A DNA stretch of 64,000 bases from Acidimicrobiales bacterium (GTDB taxonomy: Bacteria > Actinomycetota > Acidimicrobiia > Acidimicrobiales > JAJPHD01), in contig JAVKSL010000003.1 in the NCBI GenBank assembly GCA_039583695.1, positions 16,313 to 80,312 of the forward strand, written 5' to 3'. The notes under the pieces are model-generated. The model saw only the letters and a list, made by a program, of their open reading frames with translations. It did no database searches and had not been told where the DNA came from. Both the position numbers and the translations under genes were made by a program. Below, piece after piece: positions 63,101-64,000 of the stretch. Within the stretch, counting starts at the first letter, position 1. The number at the start of each line of letters is the position of its first letter.

Positions 63101-64000
63101 CAGAGCGAACTCCGGGCGGTCGCTGACCCTAGTCATGGGGCCTTGGACGATCGGATAGCGCAGCCCGAAAGCGGCGGCGAAGGCCGACCCCGATCCGAGC
63201 ACCTGGCTGGCGGCAGCCGAACGCAGCTGGGACCTGATGGCGCTGCGCACCGCATGGACCACGCCTCCGCCAGTGTGGAACCTCTCGTGCATCCTCGCCG
63301 CGAAGGCCGCATCCTGGCCGGCTGGGAGCAGCGCGGTGGCAAGCTCGACCCCGAGACGCGACGCCACCCCTGCAGGATCTGTGTCCTCGGCGGTGTCGCC
63401 AGCAGCGATGCCCGGTCGGACCAGAAGCCGGTGACCGCCCAACACCGCAGTCTCGCTGCCGTCCATGGAGGCGATTGCGGCGCGCACCTCGGCGACCAGG
63501 TTCATCTCCCTCACTAGGGCGAGCTGCGCATCCAGCACGACGCCGGTGGCGCCGCCCGCGATCGCGGCCGCGGCCGTGTGCAGTCCGATGCCCCCCTGGC
63601 ACCACAGGGGAACATCCAGTGCCGCGACGAGCTGTTGGAGCAGGACGAATGCCCCGGTCCCTCCGACGCGGCCCCCGCTCTCGCTGCCTTTGGCTACGAG
63701 GCCGTCGGCGCCCTTGTCGACGGCGTCGCGTCCTGAGCCCAGCGAGGTCACCTCCACGATCACCCGACGGTCACCCCAACGCTCCAACGAGGCTTGGCAC
63801 AGCGCGGACCCGCCAGCCAGGACCACGGTGCTGACTGCCGCGGGCAGCTCCGAGGGTGCGACGACATCGGTGTCGCCGACCCGGATACCGAAGGTGGCGT
63901 CCCTGTCAATACCGGCGGCACAGCTGGCGATGGCGGCATGCGCGTGGGCGGCACAGGGCCCGACGTCGAGCACACCGAAGGCCCCCGCTCGGACAAGCGC
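57182..64000 (-). CDS. type I PKS/Pfa-like synthase subunit A (5'-truncated by window edge): ER'-ER-KS-AT-ACP-KR
   Basis: The frame stays open to 64000 (..ALVRAGAFGVLDVG..). FMN/NMO-type domain 1 ~63400-64000+ (KGSESGGRVGG). PfaD-like ER ~62400-63180 (YPIVQGPMTRVSD, GRECGGHVGP). KS ~60790-62115 (VDAACAASL, EAHGTGT, GHTKCAAG). AT ~59640-60500 (GHSYGE). ACP ~58760-58990 (LSIDSIKR). KR ~57300-58650 (ITGGGRGIT, YAAANE). Confidence 0.9.
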   Translation of the reverse strand, partial: ALVRAGAFGVLDVGPCAAHAHAAIASCAAGIDRDATFGIRVGDTDVVAPSELPAAVSTVVLAGGSALCQASLERWGDRRVIVEVTSLGSGRDAVDKGADGLVAKGSESGGRVGGTGAFVLLQQLVAALDVPLWCQGGIGLHTAAAAIAGGATGVVLDAQLALVREMNLVAEVRAAIASMDGSETAVLGGHRLLVRPGIAAGDTAEDTDPAGVASRLGVELATALLPAGQDAAFAARMHERFHTGGGVVHAVRSAIRSQLRSAAASQVLGSGSAFAAAFGLRYPIVQGPMTRVSDRPEFALAVAQGGGLPFLALALMTPEAVRALLAETSTALAGRPWGAGILGFVPPELRAGQLAAVLEARPTAALIAGGRPSLARPLEEAGIATFLHVPSPGLLALFVRQGARRFVFEGRECGGHVGPRSSFVLWEQQVTQLLEGDVEGMDLLFAGGIHDARSAAMVAAMTAPLAERGARIGLLMGTAYLFTQEAVSTGAIREPFQAAAIACEATALLETSPGHSTRCAQTPFLRRFDDERRALEAAGVTGPDRWAALEDLNLGRLRMAAKGLRRDGDHLVEVDEDQQRREGLYMIGEVATLRSEPTTIATLHHDVSVASAAVLDGALLAEAPLAAPLDVAVIGIACLFPGAEDVAQYWANIVAGTNHVGEVPAGRWDAELYCSAEAMGPAETVTPSRWGGFLGAAPFDPMKYGIPPSSLGAIEPVQLLSLDVAANALADAGYARRWFDRSRTSVIFGVEGASDLSSAYVFRALAPGYLGSLPPALDEHLPALTEDSFPGVLSNVVAGRIANRLDLGGANYSVDAACAASLAAIHLACQELGGGGSDMVLCGGADLHNGIYDYQLFASVGALSPTGACKSFDEDADGIVLGEGVACVVLKRLADATRDGDRIYAVIKGIGASSDGRGLGLTAPRGEGQRVALQRAYQRAGASPATVGLVEAHGTGTVVGDRTELSTLTGFFSDAGSAPGSCTLGSVKAQIGHTKCAAGMAGLVKASLALYHAVRPPSAHITHPSTAYDPFTSPFTFSATALPWSETRRRAGVSAFGFGGSNFHVVMDSHDRDRAAHGLERWPAELFCFRGEDRRDLAEQIEGLTRRLDEPNGARLRDLAGDLWCRGSGPTRAAIVATGMEDLRAKLAAAAAGCAGQGVYLSADRAGPGGLAFLFPGQGSQRPAMLAELFVAFPWLHELLRLGESYLTLMFPPTSAVPGRTEGQRVAQDDTRVAQPTLGMAGLAVARLLDRLGVVPDALGGHSYGEMVALSAAGAFDAADLIRLSEQRAEAMAESCPHDPGAMVAVAAPAERVAALVGAWPGLVVANDNSPNQVVISGPARDVAEAARWLAAQGLANRALPVSCGFHSPLMGAAATRFATALDKVEICSPALTVWSNLTATAYPNDAAGIRRTLAAQIDNPVRFREQVEAMYDSGIGTFVETGPGQVLTRLVGQILAGRPHQSICVDAPGVHGIEQLLHAVASLGVAGVPLLLAPLFEGRDIAQIGARQSTAGVWAIDGHLVRGPDGTQVAGGLQPATKLRGIRSASTAPTASAPTASSPTASSPTASAPTAPTAPTASAPLALAVPMPEGDPVMLEYMRMLSQVASAGQVAIARYLDARNGPPMAPVTPPAMPVLPLVVPAMLPVDSNGAAVGATSPPGPEVELTRAIAPRPPRSREDLLAAVVAVVSERTGYPVEMLGAHLDLEADLSIDSIKRIEIVGDLVGRVGLSTGADGLDDSMVEELSVLKTLSAIVEWIVARADVPPEPMRPAAAPVPQPPLRAARFVQRVEQAGSPFGSDAALAGQSLFITDDGAGIAQALAELLRRCGAHASVGALDEPWAVEHLIHLGALSACAAPPATVFSQLVGRLAGLRFLLMVTGTGGSFGRDVLASEAGQVPPGAGVRGMARSLAREYPDLRVRSVDLDPRDAPELAARQLLAELTSTDLLVEVGYRSGRRLRLRTVPEPLVQQGGCAVRPEAGDVVLITGGGRGITAAVAVALAHQGCHLELVGRTPLPDGPEAPATAACADHKALRQLLAGAGNNVASAIESDCRRIMAQRQLRRTLAEVQACGGSVNYHALDVRDTPAMSALVDDIYRRWDRLDGIIHGAGVVEDRLAADKTVESFARVYDTKVDGARILLGAVRPGLRFVILFGSMAGAFGNRGQIDYAAANEALEALAWAHNRTVADRVVCIHWGPWGGTGMVSESLEREFARRGVGLIDPEDGVACILRELALGSPSSAAVIVMRAQTDRHDVAGGMASTDAGPEGVLTA
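59261..59370 (-). repeat. 9/15-bp tandem repeats encoding (A/S)PTA(S) linker between AT and ACP
   Basis: ggcggaggcggtgggggcggtgggggcggtgggggcggaggcggtgggggaggaggcggtgggggaggaggcggtgggggcggaggcggt... It encodes TAPTASAPTASSPTASSPTASAPTAPTAPTASAP. Confidence 0.8.

Noticed and set aside
52791-64000. Enediyne PKSE cluster
   Set aside because: The cis-PPTase resembles PKSE, but PKSE is one KS-AT-ACP-KR-DH-PPTase polypeptide. Here there are two KS-AT pairs, ER domains and a split layout. None of the enediyne-associated cassette genes that I know of is present nearby.
52791-64000. Genuine PUFA (EPA/DHA) synthase
   Set aside because: There is no KS-CLF pair, no FabA-type DH tandem, and only one cis ACP rather than an ACP array. 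The product is unlikely to be polyunsaturated.

Overview
High-GC, gene-dense segment that looks actinobacterial; that call is an inference from gene content (WS/DGAT, class E sortase, ECF sigma with zinc anti-sigma, ROK regulator, DUF3311 plus SSS transporter). Operons are tightly coupled through 1-4 nt start/stop overlaps (ATGA, GTGA, and twice TTGA with TTG starts). All homology calls come from reading motifs by eye; no searches were run.

Layout:
- 1-6.7 kb (minus): surface-polysaccharide operon with a complete FnlA/FnlB/FnlC (CapE/F/G-type) set, two GT4 transferases, an SDR and the 5' end of an asnB-like gene.
- 6.9-14.8 kb: decayed accessory patch. An intact wecB is flanked by two copies of an O-methyltransferase 5' segment. 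It also holds several gene fragments, an intact RHH/MazF pair, an intact DUF3311 plus sodium:solute symporter, and toxin and transposase stubs.
- 14.8-20.7 kb: frc-like sugar ABC locus with a PfkB kinase and a 2-hydroxyacid dehydrogenase.
- 20.7-21.3 kb: an ORF-free, lower-GC stretch that I read as a truncated group II intron.
- 21.6-25.4 kb: thiol/redox locus (flavoprotein disulfide reductase, glutaredoxin-like protein, ECF sigma, HxxxCxxC anti-sigma, sortase E).
- 25.4-32.6 kb: small enzymes, a DMT transporter and a P1B-ATPase with an atypical YPC motif.
- 32.9-39.5 kb: rare-sugar locus (ketose 3-epimerase, FGGY kinase, ABC transporter, ROK regulator with paired palindromic operators).
- 39.7-48.6 kb: degraded island bounded by IS110 and Tn3 fragments. 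It contains a ClpX-zinc-finger chimera and a stand-alone EF-Tu domain-II-like protein.
- 49-64 kb: the most interesting part. A compact Pfa/PKS-like lipid assembly line (ER-ER-KS-AT-ACP-KR, then KS-AT-DH-PPTase, then ACP, hydrolase and GT1, with a convergent WS/DGAT) whose architecture I cannot match to a characterised system.

No rRNA, tRNA or CRISPR was found.
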